Source of the DNA: Amphiscolops sp. MND2022
Lineage: Eukaryota
DNA: 64,000 bases
Direction of reading: 5' to 3'
NCBI GenBank assembly: GCA_964187785.1
Contig: OZ076409.1
Location: 57,166,001-57,230,000, forward strand
The notes beneath the pieces are model-generated. The model saw nothing but the letters and a program-made list of their open reading frames with translations. It did no database searches and was not told where the DNA came from. Of this stretch, positions 25,901 through 40,060 are shown piece by piece. Within the stretch, counting starts at the first letter, position 1; each line of letters opens with the position of its first letter. Both the position numbers and the translations under genes were made by a program.

Positions 25901-28900
25901 TATAGAAACCTCTATTTGTAGAAACCTCTATTTTCATACAATGATCCTCTGAAATAAAATGACACTTTAAAAATACATCTATACATTTTACGATCTGTTA
26001 TAATAGAGTTTGCGACTATGTACATCTCCCTCCCCTCTCCAGTCCGAACTGGTCGTAGTAGATCGGGGAGGACTGTCACAATCGAATGTAGTCCCCAAGT
26101 CTCACAGGGGGACGCTTTTCTCTCTGGGACCGTCTGGGGGGGGGGGGGGAGCCGGTGGGTTATCCGGAAGGGGGGTTCTTTGCTAGAGGTGACTCGTTGG
26201 AAGACCCAGTTTCATTAAGTTTATCACAACATCTGGACTCCTTGTCGGGTGATCCACCAGAAAGGATGTGGGGCATGATATCTTTGTCCAGCGAGGGCTT
26301 GTTCTCATCTCCAGGGGACTCATTTGGTGGGCAATTGAACTTGAGTGGAGCTTTGATTGTAACTGCCGGTGTCTTTGGGGGGAATATGGGACAGTTTGCC
26401 TCTGGGGGTGTTGTGTAAACAGTGCACCGGTCAGAACTTGACGCTTTGTTTCCGGTTGCGGTGTTTGCGGCTTTGCTTTAGGTGGATCTTGTCCCTGTTC
26501 TGGGTTGGGGGTGGGCGGAAGTAGGTCGAAGGAACGGGATCGAAAATCAGAGTTAGTCCTCAGGTCGACATACCAAATTTTTGAATGGGATCGAAACAAC
26601 TCGGATCGAAATTTTTATAACGTAGTCAGATATGTTCACATACCCCTAGTGCCCTGAATGCAGGAGCGAAGCGAAGCGGAGCGACGTGCCATATGCCCAT
26701 GCCTCAATGTTGCTACTTGGCGAAGGGAGCGAAGCGACCGAGCCATACAACAAATACGATAAAGTTCGACCGCATTCCATTCGATCCCTGCAATTCGATC
26801 AAAAGGTTCGACCTCTGTCCTTTCGACCAGAAAAAATTCGACCTATTTACAGCCACCCCTGGGTTGGTTCATTGATTCACGGGAGACAGATTCTCGGCGT
26901 TGTAGAGAGTTTTCAAAGGTTTGATGGTGCGGGTAGTACCGAGTATGTGGTCCACAACAATCTTGTTGAATTTCCTTAGAAGTTTCCGATTCCGGAGAGT
27001 AACTCTGCCCGATCCATCAACTTTGACGGCGTACTGGTCGAACTGTTTCTCCTCAATCACTAAGCCGGTTCGATCCCATCGCAGTGGATGGTTACCTGTC
27101 TGGTTCTGGATGAAGACCCGGTCGCAAACTTTAAGGGGTTGTAACCGTACTTTGTGTTCGGTGAGGCGTTCAGCATTTCTGACATTTCTAGCACGCATTG
27201 CTTCTTCCCTGGACCGTGATGTTTCTATCCAGGTGTTGTGAGGTCTGTATGAACCAGGCAGAATGGGGATGAAGTCCTTTATGGGTCGTCCAAAGATCAT
27301 TTGTGCTGGGGATAAACCGGTATCGCGGTCAGGGGTGTTGCGGTATTGAAGCATGCCTCTTTGAAATTTGTCGAGGTTGATCTCGCCGTTCGGGCCAGTG
27401 TTGTCCATGAGCATGCTCTTGCAGGTCTTGACCCCGAGCTCGGCGCGACCATTGGAGTGGGCAAGTGCAACAGATGAGAGGCGGTGATGGACACCCCAGT
27501 TTGACAACAGTTGTTGTGTCTCCTCGGCCGTGAATTCAGATCCGCCATCTGACGATAGTTCGTCTGCAATGCCGTATGTAACGAAAATTACGCGTAGGCA
27601 TTTTACAAGACCTGAAGAACCATCTCGTGATTGCTGCACAATCGGCCAACCAGAATAGCGTTCCACAACCACCATGTAACTGCAGCCTTTGTATTTGAAG
27701 TAATCCACACAGATTCACTGGAAGGGGTAAACTTGTTCCTGAGCCGCGAGCGGAGGGCCATGTTGTTGACTGGGCGCACGCTCGTTGCATGACCGGCATC
27801 GGGCTCTCTAGATTGCAATAGCCGGCGTAATGCCCGGCCAAAAGACGCTAGATTCAGCCCTGGACGTCATGCAGGAGACACCTTGATGAGCAGAATGCAG
27901 TGTGTCTAGGATTAGTGCTCTTAGTGGTGATGGGATAACAGTCCTGCTGTTGTATAAAATCACTCCATCCACAGTGCTGAGTCAATCCTTGACTTGGAAG
28001 AATTCTCGTATACCCGGGGCAAAATCCAATCGTGAGGTAATGCCCTGGAAACCGTCTTCGATCTTTTTTTGGAGATTTTGTAGAGTTTCATCGCGTAGGG
28101 TGTGTTATCGGACCTCCGCCCATGTAACAGCGCGAATGTCGCCGAGATTGGTGGCCGCAGCAACTGCAAGCGTTTCTTCCAGATCAGCTGATGTGTCGGG
28201 TTCCCACGTCATGGTAGCCTCAGAAAGACGGAGACGCGGTTCAATACAAGCGATGGAGTCCGACTCCTCAAAATCACTATCCAAGGGAGGTTTTTTTGCA
28301 TCACCAGTGGGTTTCCCCGAGTTTGCATTCGGCGCCTTTCGTTTCTGTCCGGGTATATGGATTATAGAGAAACGGTATGGCAGCGTCTTCTCCTTGAGTG
28401 ACAGTAGTCTTTCATTCTTGATATCGCCGGGTTGTCGGTTGTTGAGGACCCCGAGTAGCAGCGTGTGGTCGGTAGCTACTACTAAGTTGTCGCAACCGAG
28501 TACGAAGTGACGGGCGGACTCCAGTCCAAAAAACACAGCTAATGCTTCCCCTTCAATAGGAGCATATCTTGATTCTGCTGGGTGTGTGAACCTGCTACCA
28601 GCGAACACTATTTTCTATCCCGTTGAGCAACAGACAGGAGTGATGACCTCACAGGTGCAGTACTTCTGCAAGAGCCAAAAACCGATGCCTTTCTTGGACC
28701 AATCTGTGGCGAGACATGTGACGTGTTTGGAGTCGAAGATCCGGACACTCTCGGTGATTTTGTCCAGTATAGCAGTCTTTGACTGCTCAAAAACTTGTTG
28801 CAGCTGATCATCCCAATAGAACATTGACGACGGCTTGAGGTGCTCGCGAAAGGCGCCATGTCGTTGCGGAGGGAGTCGCAGTACGATACTTGGTTGATGA

Positions 28901-31790
28901 GGCCAAACCAAGATCGGATATCAGTGATGTTTTGTAGCGTTGTTAAATCACGGATTGCGCGGATATGTTTGTCACTGGGCTGGATATTGGTCGGAGTGAT
29001 GACGAAACCAGCAAATTCCACCGTGTCGGAGTCATATACAAACTTTTCGGTATTCTGAACAATTCCGTGTCGACCGCAGATTTCTAGCCAACGACATGTT
29101 CGAAAGAAGCTTTCTTCGAGAGTGTCAGCCCGTAAGCATGTGTCATCGAAGCATTTGGTTTTGTTGGGGAAGTCATTGACAATCTCGTCGAATCTTCTGG
29201 TGTATCCGTCCTGTGAAGCAGCGTAGCCCTGTGGACAAGTTTTGTATCGTTACCGACCCCATGGCTGATGAACGTGGTGAGGTGGCGATCTTCTTCTCCG
29301 ATTGGTACACTATGATACCCGTTCCAAGCATCAGTAATTGTCTTCTTGGTCCCTGCAAGTACCAGCGTTGCCTGGTCAATCGGGGATTGGGTGTGAAGTG
29401 TTTCATGAACAGCATGTTTGTTGAGCACCTGCATGTCCACTGTGCGTCGTGGTTTGCCGTTTTTCTTCCGAGCCGTGACCATTCGATGGCAGCAGGTAAC
29501 CGGTTCTCCAACTGTGACAGCCTCCAGAACCCCGAGTTTGACATCTCTGTCGATAGACTCCTTCACCTCCTGTTGCCAGTGTAGAGAGACTGGAATGGGT
29601 TTGTGGACTGCGATCGGCTTGGCTTCGGGGTCGACGTGGAGTTCCAACGGCGGGCCCTCCATCAGAGGGAGTGTTTGGCCTTCGCAAGTATTGAAAGTGC
29701 TGGATCGGTATCTGTGTAGTATCCAATTCTGGAGAGCGGTCCGGTTGGCGTCCGTTGCTGGGAATGGTAGAGCAGTTGGTAATGGTGGCGATTTGGTGCG
29801 TATGGGGCAGGAGCAGTCGCACTCCTCGTCGCGTGGGCTTGCTGCAGCTGAACTGACTGACATGGGTTGCTGAGTGGCTTATCCGATTCGCAGGAAGTCG
29901 CTCGAGATAATTCCCAGTGTTGTACAGGCTTCCCGACTCAAGTATGCACCTCCTATCACGTCGGTCACATAGCATATTTGTGCTGTCTCGAGTACTTTGC
30001 CAGACCCCGTATTTCCGGACAGTCGTAGGGTAACAGCCCCTAGAATTGGGATGACATCACGATTCACCGCCGACATTTTTGTTTTCACGGGTATGAGGTC
30101 CGATTTTTTGAAACCCAGTCTGTGGATGATTTTGATCCCAACTAAGACAGATTGACAACCAGTATCAGCTGTCATGGCTATCGTAATCTGGCGTGTCCTT
30201 GTGTGAAGGCGGTACCCCAGCTCCTCATAGTCTTTTGTATGAGCGCGGGCGGTGAAAGAAACTGTCGGTTGTGGCGGTGACCGTCTTGTGATCCAGCCGT
30301 TTCTGTCGTCGAAAATGTGGTGGTCAAGGACGACCGCCTGTTGACCGGTTTTATGAGAGATGACCGTGCAGGCAACCGAGATGTTGCACATTTTGTGAAA
30401 GACAGTGTTGGATTCATCCACATCTTTTGTTGTGTTTCCACCGATCCTTTTGTGTTTAGACCTACAGACGTTGGCGAAGTGGTTCCTTTTGTCACACTTT
30501 GAACAAATTCTGTCCGAGGCCTTGCATTTCTCCTTCCTAGCCTGTGTATCGCGGCCATCACCATGGCCTGGTTTTCAACAATTTCGGCATTTGACTACGT
30601 GTTGGTCTTTGTCCGTCTGTTTATACGAGGATACTGTCGCTGCACTCGGGTTCTGGAGAGTTGCTTGTGATCGTTTACCAGCTTCCTTGGCCTCTATAAA
30701 CTTGACCGTGTCCTCCAGGGTCATGTCCTGGTCGTTGTGTCCCAGTACATCTTGCTGGATGTCGCTGTCGCCAAGTCCTCTAATGAGAGCGTGACGGACC
30801 ATGTCGTCAGTGTAATTAACTGCTTCAAATAGGTTGTGAGAGCAGTTTTTCGAGAACTTGCAGATCTTAGCTTGACCTCGTAAGCGAGCGGCATAGCTCC
30901 TAACACCCTCCTCTCTGTCCTGTGTCATTGTCAGGAGAGTCATCCTGCTCACCATGGCGTTCTCAGCCTTCACGGCTAGAGTCTTGATTCCTGTCAGAAC
31001 GTCTATCTCGGTTGCAATGGCGATGTTTGAGTGAGAGCGGTGGAGGTCCTTGCGTAGAATGTCTTGACAACATTCGAGGAGCTGTAAGGTGGCATCATGG
31101 TCGACTATGCGTGTGGCTGTCTTGTAGGCGTCCCATCTGGTGATGAAGTTCTCCCAGTCTTCACTTGTACTCTCTTTAGACACTTTTGGGCAAGACAATT
31201 TGTCGGGTTTGACCTGTTGATAGGCGCCGGGGGCATGTGAATACCCGTGCACCGTGAAAAGTGCGATGGCTTGAGCCGCTTCAATATCCCCCGTGGCGTA
31301 GGTATATCCTTCAATGGGGCCATTGAGCACCACCATGGCTGGCAGACACGTTCACTGGTTTATTTTCTGCTTGGACCACACGATACCTGATGCTACCAAG
31401 GTAGATATAAAACGGGTTTAAAGTACACGATACGTGATACTTTAAGGACAAATAAAAAGAACACGCTTGAAGCACACGACACGTGATACTACAAGGTGAT
31501 ATTCATGAGCGATACAATTGTAGCTCCGATCCAGTTCAGGCTTTGTTAGGAATAAAATGCAAAGGAACGAACTAACGGGAAAAGGGTAGCTGTTCCTTGT
31601 TTGCAGGATCTTTGTAGATTGCCTCGTCCACTTACTGAGGATAGAGGATCATATAGAAACCTCTATTTGTAGAAACAGTAGTGTTACCAAAACATTTATT
31701 TCATACAATGATCCTCTGAAATAAAAAGACACTTTAAAAATACATCTATGCATTTTACGATCTGTTATAATAGAGTTTGCGACACTGTAC
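25901..31790 (-). mobile_element. Degenerate Gypsy-type LTR retrotransposon
   Basis: LTR-like repeats 25901-26024 (truncated) and ~31400-31790; PPT 26025-26040; PBS-like tggtagcatc near 31398; gag 30575-31336, protease ADTG, RT (DAWNGYHSVP, CFDD), RNase H (SRYAPIEGEALAV), integrase 26869-27708, in Gypsy order. Confidence 0.9.
26509..26858 (+). mobile_element. MULE-like MITE, copy 2 (inserted in Gypsy element)
   Basis: 9-bp TSD ctgggttgg at 26500-26508 and 26859-26867; same sequence as 21684-22028. Confidence 0.9.
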
Positions 31791-31936
31791 TGTCCGCTGG
31801 TTCAGAGCAGAGACTGGTTAGCAACTGTCCGGCGATATCTGCAGTCTTAAAATACCGTTGATTACTTTTATTGGGAAGGCACTTACATATTGCATTTTCT
31901 TGCTTTCTGAAGTGAAAAAGGCAACTCTGCATTTGA

Positions 31937-32070
31937 ATATGGGACAGTTTGCCGAAACCCAGTTTGCCAAATTCGGCAAATTGTCCCTACCTTGCCCAGT
32001 TTGCCGAAAAAAAATTCGGCAAACAGTCCCTCGGATTCGGCAAATTGGGTTTCGGCAAACTGGGCATATA
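31937..32070. repeat. Small palindromic MITE-like element
   Basis: Multiple direct and inverted cagtttgccgaa/ttcggcaaactg units forming nested hairpins. Confidence 0.5.
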
Positions 32071-32340
32071 CACTGCATTTCCTTGCGCCAAAGAATAAAT
32101 CCACTCCGTGCGAACGAGGGTGCCATAATACGGTCAAAATCCTATCGTCGAATTTGAAGCTTCGTCCTAGCGTCAAAGTCCCATTGTCGAAAGACCTTTG
32201 TCGAAGTAATTGCTGAAGGACAATAAGTGCGAAATGGACTTGCCTGTGCCTATTTACTTGTCGGTAACGTTTTTCAGGTATCAGCAACTTGATCAGTACG
32301 ATCTGAGAATTTCCAGAGAACAAAAATGGACTGTCAGAAT

Positions 32341-32898
32341 GGTTACCAGTGTACTTGGCTTAATACCATTTGGCTTAATTTTTTCGTCGAGTCATTTGGC
32401 TTAAAAATTTTAAGCCAAGCGACCACAAAATTAAGCCAACTCCATTCCAACTCAAGGAATAAATATATCAACTCCCGGAAATATCATAATGTGGGAAATA
32501 TGCGGTGTATGCACGCTCGCCCTCACCGTCGCAGAGAGCAGCTCCCACTACGATCGCTTCGCGATCTTCGTTCCCGCTAGGTCTTTGCTCCTGTTCGACC
32601 TCGCTTAGCAAGATGGGAATATAAGCGGCCCCAAGGGGCCGCAGGGCACTAGAGGAAATGGGGACATATCCGAATGGTACTTGATATGACATGTTATAAT
32701 AATACGCTGACTACGTTATAAAGATAAATTCGACAAAATCTGCCACGTGTTTTCAACTAAGTGGTTTTAAGTCAAATGACTCTGGGCCAAATGACCAATA
32801 CGCGAGACACTTAGCTTAAAAAAATTAAGCCAAGTGACCAATTGAATTGAGCCAAATGACTTTAAGCCAAATGGCATTAAGCCAAGTGGCCATTTACC
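32341..32898. mobile_element. MITE with ttggcttaa subterminal repeats
   Basis: Inverted arrays tggcttaa/ttaagcca; 8-bp TSD gtcagaat (32333-32340, 32899-32906); related right end at ~17120-17236. Confidence 0.6.
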
Positions 32899-33106
32899 GT
32901 CAGAATTACCAAAAATACTTATGGAAAACGATGCTTATTGGTATCAGGTGCTGAAATATGGAACTCACTACCATGCGATCTTATATTGAGCCCTTCATAT
33001 GACACTTTCCAAACATGATCACGAGCATAACTATTCCGAACACTTTGAGTGTTAAAAAAGCGTCCTTTACAACTTCAACTTCTTTGCGACGATAAGGGCG
33101 AGCGTG

Positions 33107-36100
33107 CATACATCGAGTCAGGGACATTTCGTCACCAGCCATTTGGGCGACAATATGGCGTCGGTCACATGGGCGACAAAAGTGTCGACCAAATGGGTTG
33201 ATCAAGTTGATCAATTAACTGATATATTTGAAGAGGTTAGGATATTTGTTTTACGGCTCGGTCGCTTCGCTCACTTCGCCAAGTAGCAACATTGAGGCAT
33301 GCCCATATGGCACGTCGCTCCCTTAAGCTTCGCTCCTGCATTTAGGGCACTAGGGGTATGTGAACATATTTGGCCATTCAGTCTACGGGTAATTTGGGCG
33401 ACATTTTTGTCGCCGAAATGGGCTTAAATTTTTGTCGCCCAAATGGCTGGTGACGAAACGTCCCTGCCCCCATACATCGAAAATGTCCGCATATCAGTTG
33501 GTGAAAAGCTTGCTTGGTGTAGTTAGTAGCATATTATCAGCCATTTCAATCTGAAACAAACGGGAATTTTTCGACAGAATTTCGACATTAATTCGACATT
33601 GGTTTTTCGACTAGATTCGAAGTTGTCCTTCGACTCTAATGATTCGACGTTAGGAATTCGACGTGTCAAAACTCGACGCAATTGACGCAAGCCGTGCGAA
33701 CGACAGAGCATTTTAGAGAGACGCGTGATGAAATCTTCACTAAAAGATCTAACCCTTTCTGATAAAACTAAATTCGACTCCATCTGGGTAGAATGTATTA
33801 ATGATTTTTCAAAAAAGTGCGAGATAAACCATGTTGATTAACGTAACTTATAATCCTTTGAAACAATTTCAAAATGATTTTCCGTAACAATTAGAAACAA
33901 ATATAGACAACTCCACATGGGAAACTGCAAACGTCACAATGATGGATAAGTACAATTTAGACTACCTCACCCCAATTTAACGGGAAAACCTAGAAACAGT
34001 CATATTACCATATGGGTTCTCCGTAGCTAGCCCAAATTTACCTACGCGTGTCTGTAAAACTACAAAAAACCCACATTGACTATATTAGAACTGAAAACAT
34101 CTTGGACGGTAAATGATTTGTGTTTAGTAGTCCTTTCAAAACAGATCATTTTGGCTCAGTATTTTCACAAACGTTTTCGCTGAAAAACAGAAATGCACAA
34201 TTTTGCAAAAGTTCGATTTGAGTACTTACAAAAAAGCCGCTTTCTGTCTGTCACTATCAAATATCCCATGCTTTAGAATCTATAATTGTTCGAATGCTGC
34301 TGATATGTTCAATCTGTTTGTCTATATGTTAGCTAGTGTTGTGGAAAAGCGTGCACCCGTCAAAAAAAATTCCTCTGAAAAAGGACCCCTGAACTTTTCA
34401 AAGAATCCTGGTATGACAGCGAGTGCAAAACCTTAACCCAGGCACGCCAATTAGCTTACTACGAATACTGTAATGATACCTCTGCTCAAACCTGGTCTAC
34501 GTACTCAAAACATAGAAATCAACTTTCTAAGATACTAAAAGAAAAGCAAGAGAAATTTCCCTGGAGTTGTTTTTCCTCTCTGTGCAGCGCTATGGAGAGA
34601 TTGAATTTCATAAAGAACGCCCAAGGGCAAAATAAAAAGTCGGTCAATCTTGCAGCAGTGAGAGATTCAATCGGTAAAATGAAAGTTGATGAACAGTTAA
34701 TGGCCGATCATTACAACCTGATATGATCGAACCTTTGTCAATATTTTGGTAATATCAATGATGAAGTTTCATCCTTCCTTCCCGGTGAATTCTTCGTTCT
34801 CTTTCGTCCAATGACAGTGAATAATTGTTACGATATCATCATTGAGTTGAAACCGAACAAACCTACCGCTCCTTGTAAGGTGCCGCTTGGGCTATAATGG
34901 ATGGAAAGCAAATTTTGAATTCTCACTTAACATTCATAATGAAAGAGTGCATTAATGAAAGTGTCTTTTCTACGATGTTAAAGAGAGCGACTAAAACTCC
35001 CATTCGCAAAAAAGATGACATTCTAGATCCCAAAAACTATCGTCCCATTTCGGTTACAACAACGTTCTCCAAAATCCTTGAAAAGTGTATTCATAGGCAA
35101 GTTACAGTTTACATTGAAGAAAAAATCTCCTCGCTCCAAGCCTATTTGGTTTTAGGAAAAAAGTTTCAGTAGAAAATGCTGTTTTGTTTTTGACCCAATC
35201 GGTTCAACAGTAAATTCAGGATTGCAAATAGTTCTTGCTGGATTTATCAAAAGCTTTTGACTCTTTTTCACATGAAATCCCTTTGTCTAAACTCAAGTCT
35301 CTTAGTTTCTCATCTTCGGCCATCAGCTTTATAAAACGTTTCCTCAGTGATAGACTGCAGCAGGTATCATTGATTTGTGTCAAATCGGATTGGATAGAAT
35401 TGAAGCAAGGCGTTCCCCAGGGCACAATATTAGGACCACTGCTCTTCAACCTATATGTAAATGACCTGACTGGACAGATAACGGAGGATGCTCGCATTTT
35501 CCAGTACGCCGATGATTGTTTGCTTTTTTGTAGTCACTAGGACGCTGACCTTGTTTTGCAAGGTTCGCAAACAAATATTTCGAAACTTGAAAGTTACTTT
35601 GAGTCCCTTTGAACTTGAATGGCAGTAAAACAGAATTCATAACTTTTTCGCGTGAAAATGAGAAGAGGCAACTAGACTCCGAAATAGTTGTCGTTGTCAA
35701 AAAGAAATGTGAATGTAAATATCTTGGAATAACGTTACACTTAACTTTCCAACCCCAGGTAAAAAAGGTTCTAAAAAACATGGCAGTTGGAGTATAAACT
35801 ATTGAAACTATACAACCAGGGTTGTCGAGAAATAGTCGAGACTCTTGGGTTGTCGAGAAATAGTCGAGACTCACATACATCGAGTCAGGGACATTTCGTC
35901 ACCAACCATTTGGGCGACAATATGGCGTCGGTCACATGGGCGACAAAAGTGTCGACCAAATGGGTTGATCAAGTTGATCAATTAACTGATATTATTGAAG
36001 AGGTTAGGATATTTGTTTTACGGCTCGGTCGCTTCGCTCACTTCGCCAAGTAGCAACATTGAGGCATGCCCATATGGCACGTCGCTCCCTTAAGCTTCGC

Positions 36101-38587
36101 TCCTGCATTTAGGGCACTAGGGGTATGTGAACATATTTGGCCATTTAGTCTACGGGTAATTTGGGCGACATTTTTGTCGCCGAAATGGCTGGTGACGAAA
36201 CGTCCCTGCCCCCATACATCGAAAATGTCCGCATATCAGTTGGTGAAAGGCTTGCTTGGTGTAGTTAGTAGCATATTATCAGCCATTTCAATCTGAAACA
36301 AACGGGAATTTTTCGACAGAATTTCGACATTAATTCGACATTGGTTGTTCGACTAGATTCGAAGTTGTCCTTCGACTCTAATGATTCGACGTTAGGAATT
36401 CGACGTGTCAAAACTCGATGCAATTGACGCAAGCCGTGCGAACGACAGAGCATTTTAGAGAGACGCGTGATGAAATCTTCACTAAAAGATCTAACCCTTT
36501 CTGATAAAACTAAATTCGACTCCATCTGGGTAGAATGTATTAATGATTTTTCAAAAAAGTGCGAGATAAACCATGTTGATTAACGTAACTTATAATCCTT
36601 TGAAACAATTTCAAAATGATTTTCCGTAACAATTAGAAACAAATATAGACAACTCCACATGGGAAACTGCAAACGTCACAATGATGGATAAGTACAATTT
36701 AGACTACCTCACCCCAATTTAACGGGAAAACCTAGAAACAGTCATATTACCATATGGGTTCTCCGTAGCTAGCCCAAATTTACCTACGCGTGTCTGTAAA
36801 ACTACAAAAAACCCACATTGACTATATTAGAACTGAAAACATCTTGGACGGTAAATGATTTGTGTTTAGTAGTCCTTTCAAAACAGATCATTTTGGCTCA
36901 TGTTTTCACAAACGTTTTCGCTGAAATACAGAAATGCACAATTTTGCAAAAGTTCGTTTTGAGTACTTACAAAAAAGCCGCTTTCTGTCTGTCACTATCA
37001 AATATCCCATGCTTTAGAATCTATAATTGTTCGAATGCTGCTGATATGTTCAATCTGTTTGTCTATATGTTAGCTAGTGTTGTGGAAAAGCGTGCACCCG
37101 TCAAAAAAAAATTCTCTGAAAAAGGACCCCTGAACTTTTCAAAGAATCCTGGTATGACAGCGAGTGCAAAACCTTAACCCAGGCACGCCAATTAGCTTAC
37201 TACGAATACTGTAATGATACCTCTGCTCAAACCTGGTCTACGTACTCAAAACTTAGGAATCAACTTTCTAAGATACTAAAAGAAAAGCAAGAGAAATTTC
37301 CCTGGAGTTGTTTTTCCTCTCTGTGCAGCGCTATGGAGAGATGGAATTTCATAAAGAACGCCCAAGGGCAAAATAAAAAGTCGGTCAATCTTGCAGCAGT
37401 GAGTGATTCAATCGGTAAAATGATAGTTGATGAATAGTAAATGGCCGATCATTACAACCTGATATGATCGAACCTTTGTCATTATTTTGGTAATATCAAT
37501 GATGAAGTTTCATCCTTCCTTCCCGGTGAATTCTTCGTTCTCTTTCGTCCAATGACAGTGAATAATTATTACGATATCATCATTGAGTTGAAACCGAACA
37601 AACCTACCGCTCCTTGTAAGGTGCCGCTTGGGCTATAATGGATGGAAAGCAAATTTTGAATTCTCACTTAACATTCATATTGAAAGAGTGCATTAATGAA
37701 AGTGTCTTTTCTACGATGTTAAAGAGAGCGACTAAAACTCCCATTCGCAAAAAAGATGACATTCTAGATCCCAAAAACTATCGTCCCATTTCGGTTACAA
37801 CAACGTTCTCCAAAATCCTTGAAAAGTGTATTCATAGGCAAGTTACAGCTTACATTGAAGAAAAAATCTCCTCGCTCCAAGCCTATTTGGTTTTAGGAAA
37901 AAAGTTTCAGTAGAAAATGCTGTTTTGTTTTTGACCCAATCGGTTCAACAGTAAATTCAGGATGGCAAATAGTTCTTGCTGGATTTATCAAAAGCTTTTG
38001 ACTCTTTTTCACATGAAATCCCTTTGTCTAAACTCAAATCTCTAAGTTTCTCATCTTCGGCCATCAGCTTTATAAAACGTTTCCTCAGTGATAGACTGCA
38101 GCAGGTATCATTGATTTGTGTCAAATCGGATTGGATAGAATTGAAGCAAGGCGTTCCCCAGGGCACAATATTAGGACCACTGCTCTTCAACCTATATGTC
38201 AATGACCTGACTGGACAGATAACGGAGGATTCTCGCATTTTCCAGTACGCCGATGATTGTTTGCTTTTTTGTAGTCACTAGGACGCTGACATTGTTTTGC
38301 AAGGTTCGCAAACAAATATTTCGAAACTTGAAAGTTACTTTGAGTCCCTTTGAACTTGAATGGCAGTAAAACAGAATTCATAACTTTTTCGCGTGAAAAA
38401 GAGAAGAGGCAACTAGACTCCGAAATAGTTGTCGTTGTCAAAAAGAAATGTGAATGTAAATATCTTGGAATAACGTTACACTTAACTTTCCAACCCCAGT
38501 TAAAAAATGTTCTAAAAAACATGGCAGTTGGAGTATAAACTATTGAAACTATACAACCAGGGTTGTCGAGAAATAGTCGAGACTCTC
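33107..38587. repeat. Tandem duplication of ~2.74 kb (33107-35847 and 35874-38587)
   Basis: Paired ORFs 33523/36265, 34897/37638 and 35235/37976 are near identical, with scattered substitutions and one ~25-bp indel. Confidence 0.95.
33115..33470. mobile_element. MITE with ~26-bp TIRs (second copy in duplication at ~35882-36212)
   Basis: TIR cagggacatttcgtcaccagccattt / aaatggctggtgacgaaacgtccctg; catacatc(g) duplicated on both sides. Confidence 0.8.
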
Positions 38588-39553
38588 GGTCGAGACTCGA
38601 GAAATGCCAATTCGAGACGAGAATTGAGAAATAGTTCGTCGAGGATCGAGAATCGAGAAATGATTCGAGAAGTGAATTCGCGAAACCCAATTCCATTTAT
38701 CTGAAAAATTTGAAATATCTCAAATGCCATGAAAGATTCAAGTCTGTATGTCTATAGAATGATTATTATTGATTATTTTAGGCCAACAAGCTGTGATGTT
38801 GAGAGGATGTTTTCGACAGGACGACTATTCAAGTCATGTCTTCAGGGCCGGCTGTCTCGTGACAATCATCACCGAAATGTGTTTTTAAATAAAAACGCCA
38901 CGCTAAGATCATAATCTTGCACATTTAATGTCGTATAAAAACTCCTCGCTAAGATCATTATCTTGCACATTTAATAACGTATAACAACGCCGTTTTGTTG
39001 AATTTGAAGGATTTTCGTAACGAGTTGAGTTGACTAGAATGCTTTTTGAAGAAGGTTTTATATTGAATGTTAAATTAGAAGATATGTTAAGGTTGAAATG
39101 GATAGATAGAGAAAATTGTATTTAGCGCAAAAGATGGTTGAAAGAAAGTTAGAAGGTTCAACGCAGAAAGGCTCAAAAGCAAAATGTCTAACTCCTCACA
39201 CTTCCTCAAATACCCCTTATCAGACAATATTTTGGTGAGTCCCACCATTATGGGAGTTATTTTATTACATTATACACAGACCTGTCGAAACCCGTTGGCC
39301 TGTGGTTACGTTATCAACGTTTACTGTCGAACCCCGACAGTACAATGTGACTAAGTTGTCGTGCCCGTCAACTTCAATTTACGATATGTCACATTAATAT
39401 TATTTTGTTGCCAGCCATATTTTAGGCTATAAAATCTCTCCATTTTTTTCAATTAGTTCTTTCTTGATTTTGATTTTCAAAAATATCACATAGGTTTCCT
39501 ATGTTTCTCCCCTCCCAATGAGAAGTTAGCACATTCAAGTAGCACCATGAAAA

Positions 39554-40060
39554 CTAGTTGTTGTTTTTGAAAGTTAACAATTCATCAGCTGCCTCGCACC
39601 CATTTATATCGTATTCAGCTCTGTCGTCAGGGTCTGTTAGTACTCTATGGGCCCGCTGCAGACCAACGAAGTTATCACTAGTTCCGCCCTGGTCTGGGTG
39701 GCTCAAGACACTCAATTTTCTGAAATTTTTTGTAATTTCTTCCACTGACGCATTATTGGGGACCAAAAGCAACTGATACAGGTTAGATGATTCCATTAGT
39801 TTAAAATTTTCCTGGAGCTGTGTAAGGTTCATTCGAAGTTCATCACATTGTCTTCTACCTTCGTCTAAGTCGCCAATAACATTTTCATAGTCTTCTTGCC
39901 ACACTTGTAATGTTCTTTTTAACTTCTTGAGTTCGTGTTTTTGCTCCTGGTTCTCCTCTTGTAACTCCTGTGCCGCTTGTTGCCACAGGTACTTTTGTTG
40001 CCCCAACTTCTCGGCAGTCTGCTTCTCACGGGCCAACTCATCTTTGAAAGCTTGCAGTTG
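39554..40060 (-). CDS. Coiled-coil + C-terminal J-domain protein 2 (5' end lost in N gap)
   Basis: NLYQLLLVPNNASVEEITKNFRKLSVLSHPDQGGTSDNFVGLQRAHRVLTDPDDRAEYD matches the DnaJ J-domain consensus; HPD at 39692-39700; frame open up to the gap. Confidence 0.85.
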   Translation of the reverse strand, partial: QLQAFKDELAREKQTAEKLGQQKYLWQQAAQELQEENQEQKHELKKLKRTLQVWQEDYENVIGDLDEGRRQCDELRMNLTQLQENFKLMESSNLYQLLLVPNNASVEEITKNFRKLSVLSHPDQGGTSDNFVGLQRAHRVLTDPDDRAEYDINGCEAADELLTFKNNN

